Assembly: GCA_051362555.1 (NCBI GenBank)
Contig: CM120644.1
Span: 20,296,534-20,360,533 of the forward strand
DNA: 64,000 nucleotides
Source: Lingula anatina
Lineage: Eukaryota > Animalia > Brachiopoda
Reading direction: 5' to 3'
Below the pieces are notes generated by a model. It saw only the letters and a list, made by a program, of their open reading frames with translations, was not told the DNA's origin and did not search any database. Positions 14,312 through 28,998 of the stretch are shown piece after piece. The position numbers were made by a program, and so were the translations under genes. Within the stretch, counting starts at the first letter, position 1. Each line of letters opens with the position of its first letter.

Positions 14312-17300
14312 ATGGACATTGTGAAGAAAAGTAAGTACTAATATCCTCTGCTTTTTAATCTTTGGGGCTTACAACCCCCTTTACATTGGACGGCGTCCTT
14401 TCTGCGTCCTTTGTGCGACCATGAAACTGGCCAAGTCGCCGTTGGGCGCTCAAAGAACGCACGGTGATCCCACAAAGAACTTCCAAGCATCGCTGAGGAC
14501 GCCATGGTCGCTGCATAGTTTAGAGCATGTTTGAAACAATCGCACAGAAAATGCGATGAAGGAAGCATGCTGTAAGGTCGCTCAAGGGACGCAGAGAGGA
14601 CGCACAAGCATTGCTGTTGTCTTAAAAAGGAGTCACAAGCATTGCTTTGGTTGCAGTATGGATTGCTCAGCTGGTGTTTTTTTCCTGAAATTCTTAAACC
14701 GATCCATTTGGGGGGGGGGGGGGGGGGGGGTAATTATAGAACGAACATTCTGCTTTTTCTCAAGATGTAGTTCTTGTCGGATTCAAAAATTCTATGTTGT
14801 GTCCGTCAGCCATTCTCGTCTCCTCCTCCCGTCCATACCAGAGCCAAAACTTGTCTCAGTTGTTGAAAATTTGCAGTTTTTGTAAACTTCCAATAATGTT
14901 TGTATGATTCTGAAAGTACTGCAGATTATTTTAAAACAGTGAAGTAAAATTTTCGCTCAGATCTTTGGTTTATTTGTAAGGATACAGTGTACTCTAACTA
15001 TGTTAATATCAATGTTCGTTCGTGAGAGAGAGTGTTAGTATGCCCTGTTTTTTATATGTTTTTTCAACTTACATGAAAAGGAGTTCTTATTATCTTTTAT
15101 TATTAAAACGGAGTAATTACTATCATTTGCCCCATCTCTGAGAGATTTTCTTATCATTTTCTCTGTATTTTCAGCGACAGACGTGGCCCTTAGCTATCTG
15201 TATAAGCCGTCTACCAGGACATATGACAGCAGTATTTTGTCTGATTATCTTGATCGACGGGTCAAAGTTCACCCTGAAAGAGAAGCCGTAGTTCTGTACT
15301 CAGAGGCTGGGGAACGCTCTAGTCTCACATTCAGGCAGTATCATGACAAGTCCATTAAAGTGGCGGCAGGTTTGTGTTTTTTATCACATTGCCAATATAC
15401 ATTGCAGCACAGCTCTCTGTATAATAGCTAACACAATCCATACAGCAACGCTGGCCATGAACACCAAGCAACCAAGCAGAATACACACACTGGAACAATA
15501 TTTATTTCTTCGAAAACTAAAAATAATCCGATCATGCTGCTTTTTTTGTCTTATAACCGCCCAAAGCCACTCAGTCAACATGCAGTGAAACATTTTGGCA
15601 CGAACGTCGCCACAATACAAATAAATGTCTTTGTAAAAAGTGAAGCCAGGTTTGTGGAAATCAATATATAATATATGTATATCATTTTATGATATGACAC
15701 GATGTGCTAACAGCATCCAGGTCTACAGCAACGATTTGTTTTTGGCTGAATATCTGAACACATTTACCACTCCAAAACAGCGACCTAAAGTTGTAAGATC
15801 TCCCTCACCAACAGATCTATAACAATCTAGATTTTATCCAACACAGCATCATAGGAATGAAATAATTTTCTATCAGTCAAGAGCTTAGTATTGAAAAAGT
15901 TTTTACCTCCAATATGTCTAGCAGAACATCTTCATCAGGGAATGAGGCTATCCAGGTGAATAGCCTCTATTCATTATTAATATTAAGCTGTTGACTGAAG
16001 AAAAATCACGTATTTCTTATAACTTAACATAGCTGATGACTTTCTTCTCTAACATCATAGGAGAATCAAAGTATTTCCCTTAGTTGTGAGTGTTTAGGCC
16101 AACTACCTGCAAGACGTATACACATTGTTTCCCCTCATATCGTTCGGTATGCCTTGGAGCACAACTCTTCACGCAAACTTGCCCCGTACCTTGAACTTCG
16201 CACATATGTGGCTCCTAAATATGTCAGTAAACAGAGTAATCACATTGAAGAAATATTTCGATAAATATTTGTAGCGCAAACAGTGACAGTTCCTTCAACT
16301 GAAATTGACTGTTTTCATGTATTCTTGTATATGCAGGTCTCCTTCGGTCTGGTTTGACACACGGTCAGAGGGCGCTGCTGGTCGCTCCAAACACTTTGGA
16401 GTTCATCATACTACAAATGGCCTGCGCAAGAATTGGAGTCTTTGTCTTATTCGTCAAATATGGAGCTTCGCCAGATGAAGTTATACAAATGGCAGCGAAG
16501 TACAAATGCAGAGCAATAATTGTCCAGTCATCCGAGAGTGGGCAGTCGTACGGTCAGGACGTGGTCAAGGCATTTTTGAGAGACGTCCCTGAAGAAAACG
16601 CACCTGATGCAACACTCTTCATTTGCGTTTCTTTTTATGGTGGGCCGAACACCATCTCCTATGATACACTAACGACCCCCCGCCCCGACGTCATTTCCGA
16701 CCTGGAGAAAACAGCCGTTTGGTCTGTCCAGTCCAAAGTCCAGATGGAAGACCCTCTGCTTGGAATGATGACATCCGGTAGTACAGGGAAACCAAAGGTT
16801 GTTGCTTTGAACCACTTTCAGTTCATCCAGGCAACGTTCGCCACTGCCGAGTTGGCGGAAATGTCGGAGGGATCGCGATTTCTCAACGAACGCCCTTTCC
16901 CATGGGCGGGGAGCGTTGGAATCGGTATTAACTTTATTGCTGTCATAGGAATAACGCTCGTGTCTATGGATCCCGAGATATCCGTGAAGAAGGGAGATGC
17001 CCAGCTGGTCAGAAAGATCCTGCAAGATGAGAAATGTACCCATGTACTGACAATGCCTTACATGATGTACGATTTCATAAAGAGCGAGGATGCCCAGCAG
17101 TACGACCTGTCTTCCCTTCAGTTCGCCATGACCGGTGGTCAGCCAATTTTACAAGAATCCGCAGTAGCATTTCTGGAGAAAAACCCCACGTTCAAGCTCA
17201 TACAGGCCTACGGTACGGCAGAAACCATACTTGTTTTTAACCAAATAACAGACATAAGTGATGTAAGGAGGCACGATTTTGGCTATCTTGAAGTAGGCAG

Positions 17301-17859
17301 TGATATCGAAATTAAACTGGTGGACGAGAATCAACGCGTTGTCCCCAGGGGAACCACTGGTGAACTGTGGGTGCGTGGACCAATGGTGTTTATCGGTTAC
17401 CTTGACAACCTGGAGGGGACTTCTCGTTCCCTGACTCCGCTCCGTTGGTACAAGACCGGTGATTTGATGGTCATGAACGACCACGGCCAGGTGCACATTG
17501 TCGGGAGGATTTCGGAAACAATCAAGAGAGCGACAGTAAAAATACATCCAGCCGAAATTGAGCATGTCCTAGTTCGCCACCCGCTAGTTCTCCAAGCATA
17601 CGTTGTCGGAGTCCCGGATGTCAGGTTATATGAAGAGCTGTGCGCTTGCGTCCAGTTGAATGAAAACGAGATCGCTGACGTCGACCAGATGAAGGAGATC
17701 GAGGCGTGGTGCGCTGAGACTTTCTTGCCGGGCCCCGATGGGCTGACTCTAGCTCCACGATATTTCCTTTCTTTTCGGGAGTTCCCTAAAACAGGCAACG
17801 GTAAGATCAACAGGCGAGAATTGAAGACGCTGGCCATAAAACAACTGGCACAGCCCTAA
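14312..17859 (+). CDS. ANL-family acyl-CoA synthetase-like adenylate-forming enzyme, paralog 1 (exons 14312-14330, 15175-15369, 16337-17859; 578 aa)
   Basis: A3 P-loop MTSGSTGKPK, A5 YGTAE, A6 GELWVRGP, A7 YKTGDL, A8 GRISETIKR, A10 PKTGNGKI. GT-AG phase-1 introns join in frame (1737 nt). Exon 1 is ATGGACATTGTGAAGAAAA|gtaagt and is less certain than exons 2-3. Confidence 0.92.
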
Positions 17860-19962
17860 ACATTTTAGTTAGAACATCTACACATCTAATGTACAGTGTA
17901 CATGTACCTACATGTACATGTGTTAAATGGCAAACTGGCTTTAAGAAAATAATTGTCTAAAAGAAATACAGCTGTCATAGAACGACAACGGGAAATGTTG
18001 TTAAAAGTTTTTTTAGCTATTTATGCATTCATGTTAATGTTATCTAGATCATACAAAAGATAAAGTAGTTGTCTTTTACAATCATTTTTGATCATTTTGG
18101 TCGAACATTCTGGCAAACGGGCTTTAAATTTGATTATTACACACACAAACATCAAAGAGCGTAGTGCAGTGCCAGCTTCAGTTCTTTCAAAATTGCGGAA
18201 AAGTCTTTATTTTGCATCACGAACGTGCCTATACAAGGCTTATGCAGAGATGTGTTGCAATATTACCGACCGATTCACGACCCGAATATTACCATGTATA
18301 GTTATGTAGTTTCAAATCATATGTATGATACATAATCAGCATATAGAAAAGGACAAGGCACAAAAAAAGCTCTCATGACAGCTAACAACGGCACCATGCT
18401 TTGCATAGATAAGCAAAGGATGGTATTTTAGTACTTTAATATCAAGCCTCTGCACTGGATTTCGTACCATAGAATCTGGCACGTTTCAAGGAGTCTGTGC
18501 CCGTTAATTTTTTTCATTGTATATGTAACCAGTAGAAGACGTTTTACTTAAGCATGGTCTTAACACGGATACATTGACAGATGACACCCAAATCATATTA
18601 CATGTGACAGACCCCACTCTTTGATAATCACCTCTATAGAAGCATGTCAACAATGTAGAGCAGATTCGGAATTGTCGTAGGTTGAATAGGTTCACCGTAA
18701 ATGATGGAAACAAAACGTACATGATTAACTCCACGTTCTTTAAATAAAGACAGATGATATAACAAATATTAATTTGTTTTGGGTATGTGACCGTCGAAAC
18801 ATCCATATGTGACAGATGTGTGTGTCACCTTTGATGAATATGGAAATAACTCTACAAACGGTTAACCGTAATCTGGGGGGTAATGCCCTCTGTACGCTTT
18901 TGAAAAATTATAAAACTGATGACCCAAAGTGATGTTAAAAGTAATCATTTTTAACTCTTAACCTTGTACCGAACGAACCGGGGGAGGGGTAATCTTTGTA
19001 GACTTCTGAGTAGATGATAAAAATGGATGATCCTAAAACCAAATTTAGCTCGGTTACCACTTTGGAACTAATTATGTAATTGTAAAAAATGTGAAAATCA
19101 ACAATCTTATAATAATTTCACTCATTGGGATTAATGCCCAATATTTCACTTTAGTTACTGGAGTATGTTATACGTTCAGAATTGTGACAGAAAAGTGATA
19201 TAATTCAATGTTAAGAAAATGCATAAGTATGTTGTATATTTCTCTATTTAACTTGGTGGACATCTTCAGTTTTGAGATCTAAGTCAGCAAGCATTTGACA
19301 GTTGGCGGCCAATTTGGATTCATCAAAATGCACCAAATGGTTTTAAACAATAAAGAGATTCCTTTTTATGAATTTCTTGTACGTGTACACGGCTTACATA
19401 TTTGGATGTAATAGCGCCATCAACCAAGATCTAGTGCTTTTAATATGCAAGGGTGTATATTTCTATGGAAATTGCCAGCCATCTCGGATATTTAATATTG
19501 CCCAAGGCTGCCAAATGGACAGGCAAGTTACTGGAGCACTTCGCCCTGGGTACTGTTCCCTGTACCAGGGCCACAGATTGAATTTTCACTAGATGTTCAC
19601 AGATAATGTCTCTGGCTAAATATGGTCAATCTTCTATATGGCAATAGCTCTTCAGCTGAAGTCATCAATAAAGCATTACAAAAAACCTGGTTGATAATAA
19701 GTTAAAAAATAAACGTTGAATTAATAATTTGGATCTCCATGTTTTTCATATTATCACCTGTTCAAGGAAAATCATGCCACTGCCTATTCAGAAGCCATGG
19801 TAAGAGTCAAGTCTAACAGCATTTTGATGCTATCAGGGAGTACAGCCCCGATTACAGATCCGACAGATGTTACATCTCCCTAACCACACTAGGAGCGACA
19901 CGCGCAAGCGTCAAGGTCAATTCAAGCAGAAAGTCTGGGGATTCTAAATCGTACACAGTACA

Positions 19963-20110
19963 CAGCTCCGTAACTCGAAAGCATCGCGAATTCCGAATAG
20001 CGACATCACCTTTTATTTCGAGGTTATATGGGGCGAGTTTGGGCGAGTTATGGAATCGAAACGCTTGCGCTCGGTCGCAATGCGCGATGCTTTCGAGTTT
20101 CGGGGCCCTG
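19963..20110. mobile_element. Small palindromic MITE
   Basis: CCGTAACTCGAAAGCATCGCG … CGCGATGCTTTCGAGTTTCGG inverted repeats; right end GGGCCCTG. Confidence 0.6.
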
Positions 20111-21469
20111 ATCTAATCTGACCTCAGCCGTAAATACCACATAATCCGTCCGAGGTTCGCAAAAGACCTTGAAAAACAGTTTCTTGTGGCAATCTGTCCC
20201 CCATTCGAACGGGAACGGTCTCTCTTTGTTCGGTTTGTGAACATCTACTTAATGAAATCATGTCCAGTAATAAATGCTGACGAGCATATTGAATGTACAT
20301 GTACCTCTAAGGAGCTTCGGTCCAACTGTGTAGTATAACACCTGTATCTTTAATAACACCTGTATCTTTAATGCAGGGAGCTTGGATATAAATAAAACAA
20401 TAATCGCCCACTAAACAAAAGGACATTGCAACACTATTTTATTCGATTGTTGAGCTGCAGGCGGTATGAAATTCTTGAATTCCTGTAAATGTGAACTCGT
20501 AATCATTTTTTAAATATATTTCTTTCTATCAGCTTACTTAAGCCTAGATTAATGTTTTCTTTGGGTGCTGTCTGATGCGTGGACGGTTTTCTGAGCCATT
20601 TTCTCGACATAGTAAATTGCTAGTGCCCACGGCGAGTTCGTTTATACAACTGTATTACGTGCGGGTGCCGTATGTGCCATTTCTCAGTGATGGCCTTAAG
20701 TTTACGTAGAGGAATATCTATTCTGCTAAATAATAAACAACATTGTAAAACATACAGCACAAAACAACACAAACAACATATACTGTGCGTATTTGCCCAG
20801 TTCTCGCACGTGTTTTATTTCAAGCCATCTTCAATTATTTACAACGAACCCCAATATATAAAAAGGGATTTTAATAAATATATCAGAAACCTCCACACCT
20901 ACACATTTATTTAATCTTTCCCTTTTATATAGGGAATCACCTGGAAACCACCTACTAAACAGCTCTTATTGAGCAAACGTTTCATCTGACGTGTGTATTT
21001 AATACTTCCTATGTTCCAATTTTATCTTGCGCTACAATGTTAAAATAACATCATGTTGACAATATCCACACATGTGCATTCATATAAACGTATGTCTATA
21101 TAAAACCATAGAAGTAGAGAAAATGGAATGCCAACTTCAAATCTCTTCTACTTCTATGATAAAACATAGCCTACCCACGAACACATAGAAACACTTATAC
21201 ATTGTAGACCTACACACCCGTATACATATACATGTACTGTAGTACTGTACGTCCTAGCACACTCTCAGAAAAGTTGAATATAAATGATGCAATGAAAACA
21301 AAAGTGATTATAATGGATATAATATAATAAAATATAACTGATTCTATTTTCTTCACCCATGTGTTCAGAATAAAACATAAACAAAATCATTTTTTCAAGT
21401 TTTTGCATCTTCGAATCTTTACTAGTGAATCTTTAGGCTACTATTGTTATGCCTCCTGAAACCACCTTA

Positions 21470-22220
21470 AGCCTCGGTCACAACCGGCCGTACGGGCTCT
21501 TACGGGCTGTTTGCGTCCAAATTTTGCGCAGAATCTCACGTCCCACGCAAGGCCTTCTAACGCAATTTCGAGTTCGCAGACAGCCCCTAAGCACGTATGG
21601 AGGATGTTGGACATGTCCAAAAGATTCTACGAATATCCTGCGAACAGCGAGGCCGCAAGCTTAACTTGCTCCCTCGCACGGAGTTAGCAAGAGAGACGCG
21701 CGTTGTGCAAGCCGCATGTCGCAAGCAATGAAGGAGCAAGTGTAACGTGTACAACAATTTTCAAAATTTTCAAATTTTTGCTCTATTTAGTTTCTAAAAT
21801 GCCTCCAAAAGGCAAGAGAAAGAAGCTTACATAGTAGAAAAAAGGGAGGAGGAAGAAAAAAGAAGGGGAGAACAGGAAGCAAAACTGACGTACGCCGTCA
21901 GTACGTCATCACAAACGTGTGAGGCAAGTGTTAAGCAAAACTGACGCAAAAGGGCACTACTTTCGCCGTGCGTTGCATTCCCTTCGTAAGTGGTGAGTTT
22001 GTACCACGTACACAGGAAGCAAGACAAACTCAAGAAATGAGTACAATTTCCACGACCATCGCTCCTTGCAATCCCTGCCTGAAAGGTCATCTCAAGTGGC
22101 CCTTGCGACTCGCAAGGCAGACTTTCCTCTACCTCTACGACCTCCACGGCCTCTGCAACACCTAAAAATCGCAGGGGACGCACGATCCTGAAAATCGTGC
22201 GTCCGGTTGTGACCGAGGCT
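21470..22220. mobile_element. Non-autonomous PIF/Harbinger-type element
   Basis: TIRs AGCCTCGGTCACAACCGG / CCGGTTGTGACCGAGGCT with TTA duplication on both sides; internal ATGCCTCCAAAAGGCAAGAGAAAGAAG (MPPKGKRKK) remnant of an ORF start. Confidence 0.85.
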
Positions 22221-22703
22221 TTAGTTGGAAGGGAAAAACACCAACAACAGTTTCCGCCATTATCACAATCACTGCAAGTCAGACGTAAGTGTAACTCAAG
22301 CTTCAGTTGAAAGTGCTAGTAACGGGGCATGTTGATATGGCCGTCAGCCTATATCTGAGAAGAGTTTGATATATTTTATGCATAAACTTAATTTTGGTCC
22401 GGTTTGTAAAATAAGCCTATGAACTATTGCCAACTTTTAATCAAGTTTCAACTAAAATTGTAGGTTTTCCTTAATTGGAAAATTTTTTGTCGAGACTCGA
22501 AATGAGTTTAAATAAAACTCAAAATATAGTCGTCTATACACTTTTTTTGTTAAGTGACTGTCATGAAAAGGAAATTTTTAATGTTGTTCACAAAAAGGTC
22601 TTTCTGGAGTGTTTCAGTTCGCCTTCAAGAAAAATGTCTCATCTGTGATTCCAAAAGTTCGAAAAAAGGAAAGTTGAAGCGCGACATTCAGACGTTAAAA
22701 CAT

Positions 22704-24615
22704 CTAACTTAACTCCAATCTTTTAACAGCCATTGCTCTCAATTCTCGGCGGTTGATTTTGCCGTTACCTGTTCTTGGGAAATTTTGGAAAGCAAGAAAG
22801 TATCGCGGTGCCAGTGTAAGGCCATCTGGACCTGGCAGAAAGGACTCCCCGCACCACGTCTCTAACTCCTGGAGCTGCTCCTCCACAGGATTGGCGTCAT
22901 CATGGAACTGGACGCATGCGCAGAGTTCCTCATAGAACCGGGCATCCGGTACTCCTACAACATACGCTTGGACGATCTTTGGATGCCGCACAAGTACCTC
23001 CTCGACTTCTGCGGGCTGAACCTTTACAGTGGCCCTTTTGATGATATCCGACTTCCTCCCGACAAAACGCACCTGTCCCTGATCGTTCATGACCATCATA
23101 TCACCAGTTTTGTACCAGCGGAGAGGGGTTAGGGCGCGCGCTGTAGCTTCGGGGTTGTCCAGGTAGCCGCTGAACACGCTTGGTCCACGAACACACAGCT
23201 CTCCTACGGTTCCTTTCGGCACAAGCCGGTCATTGTCGTCCACCACTTTGGCTTCAACACCGCTGCATATTGTGAGGAAACCGAAGTCCGGTCTTTTGAC
23301 GTTGCTGCTGTTGGTCATTTGCCGGAAGGTAAGAATGAATTCTGCAGAGCCGAAGACCTGTACGAGCGTCAAAGACGGGTTTTTTTCCACAAACGACACG
23401 GCTGACTCCTGTAGTATTGGCTGGCCTCCCGTTATCGCGTACTTCAAGTGTGACAAATCGTAGCTATGAAAATCTTTACTGGAAATGAAGTCATACATCA
23501 TATAAGGCATGGCAAGAAGATGGGTGCACCTTTCATCCTGTAGTATCTTCTTGACTAAATCTGTGTCCGCTTTTTTAACCGATATCTCTGGATCCATGGA
23601 AACAAGCGTTATTCCGGTGACCGCCATGAAGTTAATACCAAAACCAACACCCCCTGCCCAAGTAAATGGCCGTTCGTTAAGAAGCCGGGATCCATCTTCG
23701 AGTCGAGTTATCTCAGCAGCAGTAAAAGTGGCTTGAATAAATTGAAAGTGGGTCATTGTCACCGCCTTGGGTCTCCCTGTGCTGCCGGATGTCATCATTC
23801 CAAGGAGCAGATCCTCCATTTGAACACGTGACTGAGCTGTTGCAACTGCATCTTTTTCCTCCGCCGATATGTGGTTGGGGTTCGGTCCCATGACAGCATC
23901 ATAAGAGATGGTGTTTTGACCACCGCCAAAAGAAACGCAGACTGCAAGGACGCTCTCGACGCCTTGCCCCTGGTCTTTCTGCTGAAGTGCTTTCACCACA
24001 CCCTGGGCGTACCCCGGCCTGCTCTCACAGGACTGAACCATGATTGCTTGGCATTTGTAATACGTCAGCTCTTGTAAAACCTCTTCTGATGACGCCCCAA
24101 ATTTAAGCAGAAGAAGAAACACACCGATTCTTGCGCAGGCCATTTGAATGACAATGAACTCCAGGCTGTTTGGTGCAACAAGCAATACACGGTCGCCATG
24201 AGTGAGACCGGATCGAAGAAGACCTAAAGATATTTGAAAGATTTTATTATTTCTGAATTTTTTCTTTAATGGTTTTTTATGTTAATAAGATTCAAAATTT
24301 AATTATTATTAATTTTAAATATTAAAATATAATCTAAATTAGCGCGCTCTGCTGGCTGTAACAGTGCATAACATGGTGTTGGTTAGTATCATGAAGGTGG
24401 TTTACATACCTGCCGCCAGTTTGATAGACTGGCTTTGGTATTGCTTAAAGGTGAGCCGAGTTCTTTCTCCGTCCGATTTATAGATGACAGCAGCCTCTCT
24501 TTCCGGGTGAACTTTGACCCCTCGGTCGAGATATTGAGGGAGAATGTGACTCTGGTATTCTCGACTTGACGGGTGAAATGTGTAACTCAGGGGCTCTGGC
24601 AAGTCTGAAAAAAGG

Positions 24616-24649
<34 letters not shown>

Positions 24650-26235
24650 CGCGCGCATGCAAACACGCTGATGTACTGCCATCAAAATTTCTGGAAAGGA
24701 AATTGAATTGATGCTTTTTTATTTCTTTATTAATGGAGGCTTTATAACAAGTGTCAAACGACGTTACGGTCCACTATCTATGAAATCTATTGATTTATCG
24801 AGCAGCAATCGTTTGTAATTTACTGGGATAAGATCTCACATTTCTACGGGGAAGACAAAAGAGCGCATTAGACTCATTTTCGGGAACGTATTCAATATGC
24901 TGGCATCGGCCAACATCTTACAGTACAGCCGGAAATGACCAGCAGCAGTTTACACCAGAACGCAGCGCTCTCCATTAACCCGCTGCACACCCAAACCCAA
25001 TATAGAGGTGCAATTGATGTCACAAGCATGTTATTAAAAATATTTACTGCACAGATTGCTAACTGTGTTTGATTATTTTAGGGTCCCACCTGAAGAAGCT
25101 TGTATAAAAGTTTCACTCTCCTGGAACCATGAATAATTAAAAATAATTCATCGTTTAACCCCAAAAAGGAACATACGTTACTGTCACAAATACAAAACGT
25201 CCAACTGTGAAACGTTCTACTCACTTTGAAAATTCAGTCATCACTGGTTTTGTGCATTGATTTATCTCCTACAAGTATAACGTTGCTAAAAATTATAATA
25301 ATCTTCTGTATAGACCAGTTAATTGTTTTTGAGCGACGTAAGTTTGCTTGTCACAGAATATTCGCCCTACCGACAGTAAAATAAGCATTGAATAAACATG
25401 TTTCCCTTCATGATCCAAAGATTATATCAGAAATGTCAAACTATCATGGAACCACAATATATTGTTCGGTCAGCAAAAGAAAACATTGTATCTCTTGCAC
25501 ACAAGTACTTGAACAAAATGAAACATTTTGACAATTTTTCTAGGGAACATACGTTACCTAGTATAAGCCATGACGCAAAGCCCCTTGAGATACAGTTTAA
25601 ATATTCATAAAAACGTCCTTACGTCATGTCTAATTAACCATGACTTAACCACTAAAAAACATATCGGAACGCGGCATAAAAACGAAAAATAAGTGGCAAG
25701 AACATACGTTACCGTACGTTTTTTGGAACATACGTTACCAAATAGTGCTCTTTGCTTAATGTTAAAGATATGGTAAAAATTAAAAATTGAATTTCAGTTG
25801 AGACAGTCGTGGATTTTTGTTCTATATACATACATGTTTTGAAATATTGAATACAATTTTGAATTCATTCATTTTTATTTTTTGACACTTCAACATGTGA
25901 AATGCACCTCTATATTGGGTTTGGGTGTACAATGCCTGGGTAGAACTGCCAAGCTCAGAACAAAAACGCAGTTTGACTCTTCTTGTAAAAAGTCTCTAAG
26001 AAAAAAATACACGTGCTTGTTGAAAATAAAAAAAACATATGGCAGTACGTGTATGTATGACAGGGTCATGTCCCGCCGACAAAACTAAGGGGACAAGTTT
26101 TGTGCATCAGTGTTTCTGGCAGCAGAGTTCAAATTGGTGATCGTTCAACAAGTAATATTTCCTTCAATATGTAAATCTTTGAAGTGTTATTTAAACGTAA
26201 AAAAAAGAAAGCTAACCTTGTTTCATGTCCTCCAT
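22704..26235 (-). CDS. ANL-family acyl-CoA synthetase-like enzyme, paralog 2 (exons 26235-26217, 24604-24410, 24223-22704; 577 aa)
   Basis: MTSGSTGRPK, FGSAE, GELCVRGP, YKTGDM, GRKSDIIKR, PRTGNGKI. Same 19/195-nt exon sizes and phase-1 GT-AG introns as paralog 1; exon 1 ATGGAGGACATGAAACAAG|gttagc; total 1734 nt in frame. Confidence 0.92.
24988..25927. mobile_element. Non-autonomous TIR DNA transposon in intron 1 of paralog 2 (superfamily uncertain: EnSpm-like CAC end, or piggyBac-like if it extends to TTAACCC at ~24975)
   Basis: Perfect inverted repeats CACCCAAACCCAATATAGAGGTGCA / TGCACCTCTATATTGGGTTTGGGTG; internal motif GAACATACGTTAC repeated four times. Confidence 0.8.
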
Positions 26236-28278
26236 CTCGGTGGCTAGTGTGGCAGGCCCTATCAGTGTGCAACAGCAAGGTGTTCACATGCTACACCAGA
26301 CGGAATACAGGGGAATAATGTGGTTAAGCAAATAAGATAAGTCAAGTTTATGAACTGCCAGGATGTCAGTAACCGGAACAGTCTGCCCACTTGTACCCTA
26401 GTCTTAGCGATATGCGTACGTGAATTTGTGACCTCGTTATCGTTGAAATAACGGCATTCAAAATGCACTACCAAACCAGACCCCAAGCCGGAGAATGAAA
26501 AATATTCATGAAGTGAAAACACATAGATAAGATGTGGCCCATTCAATGGCCCATTTTAGTTACATGAAATTTTGCTTGAGATTTTAATTATAGATTCATT
26601 TCATATTGGACTAATGATGAGAGACTGGACTATAGAGGGTGGTGATGCCTCGGTCTTCTAGGCCATGGTAGAGTTTGGTAATATTTGTGGACGTGTTGTA
26701 TAGAGCGCAGATGAAAGGGAATGGGATTACTAAAAGAACAGTTCATTCAACTGCACCGTTCAAAGCAACATATGAGACCAGACATCAGCATCGTTGAGGA
26801 CAACGCGAGCCTTGAACTGCAGCAGAATTCCAAGTTCTAGCTACGTCATACAAACTCTGCACAAGAGAAAGCATCGTACGACTCCAAGTTATAATAGTTA
26901 AAGATACAACCAAGGTCACTTTTCAGCTCTGGTTAAGACACCCTCTCCTTGTTCTCGTATTCGTCAGGTTTCCATGCACAACTCCATGAATTCAAATGTC
27001 AGTGAATTATATCAGAGTGATACTGGGTGGTTGTTTGCTCTCAGTTCAACACGTGACCAGTCCCGCCTCCAGGAAACAGACAGACTTGGGACCCATATGG
27101 TACCAACAGGTATACCTAAAGGATATTACCACGTGCACGATTGAAACAAAGAATAATGTTTGAACTTCCGAGTTGTGAATATTATCTTAGGCTACGTATG
27201 CACTGAATCAAAGACTATAAGAGTTCAACTTCCAATGCGGGAGTTTAATATCATACCATTAATCTATGACTGACAAATCAGGTCACCAGACAGTGGTCCC
27301 TGGCAAGATGAGCGTGTTTGCAAGAAATTTACAAGTATTTTTTTCCAAGTAGAAAATTATTTTTAAAAGTTTGTCTGCAAATAATGTGTTCTCGTTGAAT
27401 AAACTTAATGTATATAAAATCTTTCTTAAAATGAGGAAAGCTTCGAACTTCTCACGAACACAAATTTTAATAATTCACAAGGTACTGGTAACACTTCACC
27501 GAATGCTAGCGGCCGTCACCTGGCTCAGGTGGCGAGGAAGAGGTCGTCACTGCGGTTACTGTCGACGTGATCATGGCGGAGCGGCTGGATTTCTACCCCT
27601 CGTAACAAAACGGGTTTGTTTCTCCCAGATTTTATTGTCTTGTGAATCTTATTTCAAAAGAGAATCCGTGTTTCATTCTCTATCCATGCTGAAGCATTAC
27701 GACCGTTATTTTTTAATTTTATTCTTTTTTTGCATTAATTTTTATGGTAACCCTACACTTAAAAACAAACAATTGTATTACGTTTCAGAGTAAAATTTGG
27801 ATGGTTGTCTGATGTCTTTACGTCCATATCCTATTCAATTCAGCTCTTTTAATTTACATGAGCTTCTAAACAAACAAATTCCAGAGTGCAGTTGGTATTA
27901 GTTCATTTACGCTAGCTAGCTAGGTCTCATCGAAGTATTCCATACTTAAGTGCCTGGCTAAGCGTGAAGACATACAGAGAACCCCAACAAGGAATTATGA
28001 GTAGGATATTCGAAATAAGCCTTCTCTGTGATGTGTCCTTTATTCATACAATACACCATGTTGTAGAATGCTGTAGCACCCTACTCACAGCATGTCGCAC
28101 GGTACCAGTACACGGTCAAAACCGGCTTAGGTTGCTAAACTACTGGTAATTAACTTTGAAACCAAAACTTCAAAATGGTGTATTTTGGGGGTCAAACAGA
28201 TCTTGCGACAAGAACGGGCCGGGACCCAGCTCTACCAATTCAAGACCCGGGGGTCACATTCTGTCGAGGACCAGATTA

Positions 28279-28633
28279 GACCGGGTTCCCATACTTAGAT
28301 CGATCTAAAAGGATCGATCCATCTCCCAGGGGATTCTCGCTAATTTGCTTTCATTAATTTGCTTGGATGTCTGGCACGCCTACTGAAGAGGCTAAACAAT
28401 GATTATTTACCCCCTAACAGCTTCAGTAGGCGTGAAGGACATCTAAGCCGCTTAAGTTGATTGCAATTTAGCGAGAATCCCCTGGGAGATAGATCGATCC
28501 ACAGTTAGTACGAAAGGATCTGGGAATGGTCCCTTAGGGACATCTAAGCCGCTTAAGCTGAAAGCAGTTTAGCGAGAAACCCCTTGGAGATGGATAGACC
28601 TTGTTAGATCGATCTAGGTATGGGAACCCAGTC
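28279..28633. mobile_element. GATCGATC-family MITE (PIF/Harbinger-like) with an internal partial duplication
   Basis: TIRs GACCGGGTTCCCATACTTAGATCGATCTAA / TTAGATCGATCTAGGTATGGGAACCCAGTC, TTA TSD; GGACATCTAAGCCGCTTAAG…TTTAGCGAGAA block present twice. Confidence 0.85.
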
Positions 28634-28998
28634 TTAGAGTTCAACGTATGTGCTAGCTGGTAAACATGTCCAAGTACCGGGTAACGTAAGTTGATCTGTG
28701 TAAGAGAAGAGCAGATGTTGATGGTGTCAAAACGCCAGGATTAGAGATAACGACCTCGACTTCAACGAATATCTATAACATTTTATCTAGTAAGGTCGTT
28801 CTGACGTTCTACATTTCACTACGGATCAAATAGACTCTCTTTCACAGAGCTATGCTAATTAATCATCATGATACGGTATATTGTTAACGTCCATAATATG
28901 ACAGACATCTATGGATATATAACCATCCATTCATTTTCAGTTATTTTGTTCTTGTCTCAAACAGTTTACTGAGTTTGCTGATTATTTTCCTAATAAAA

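Noticed and set aside
27500-27615. GC-rich patch with ATGGCGGAG as the first exon of another gene
   Set aside because: In-frame TAA after ten codons and no downstream partner exon; more likely a repeat fragment.
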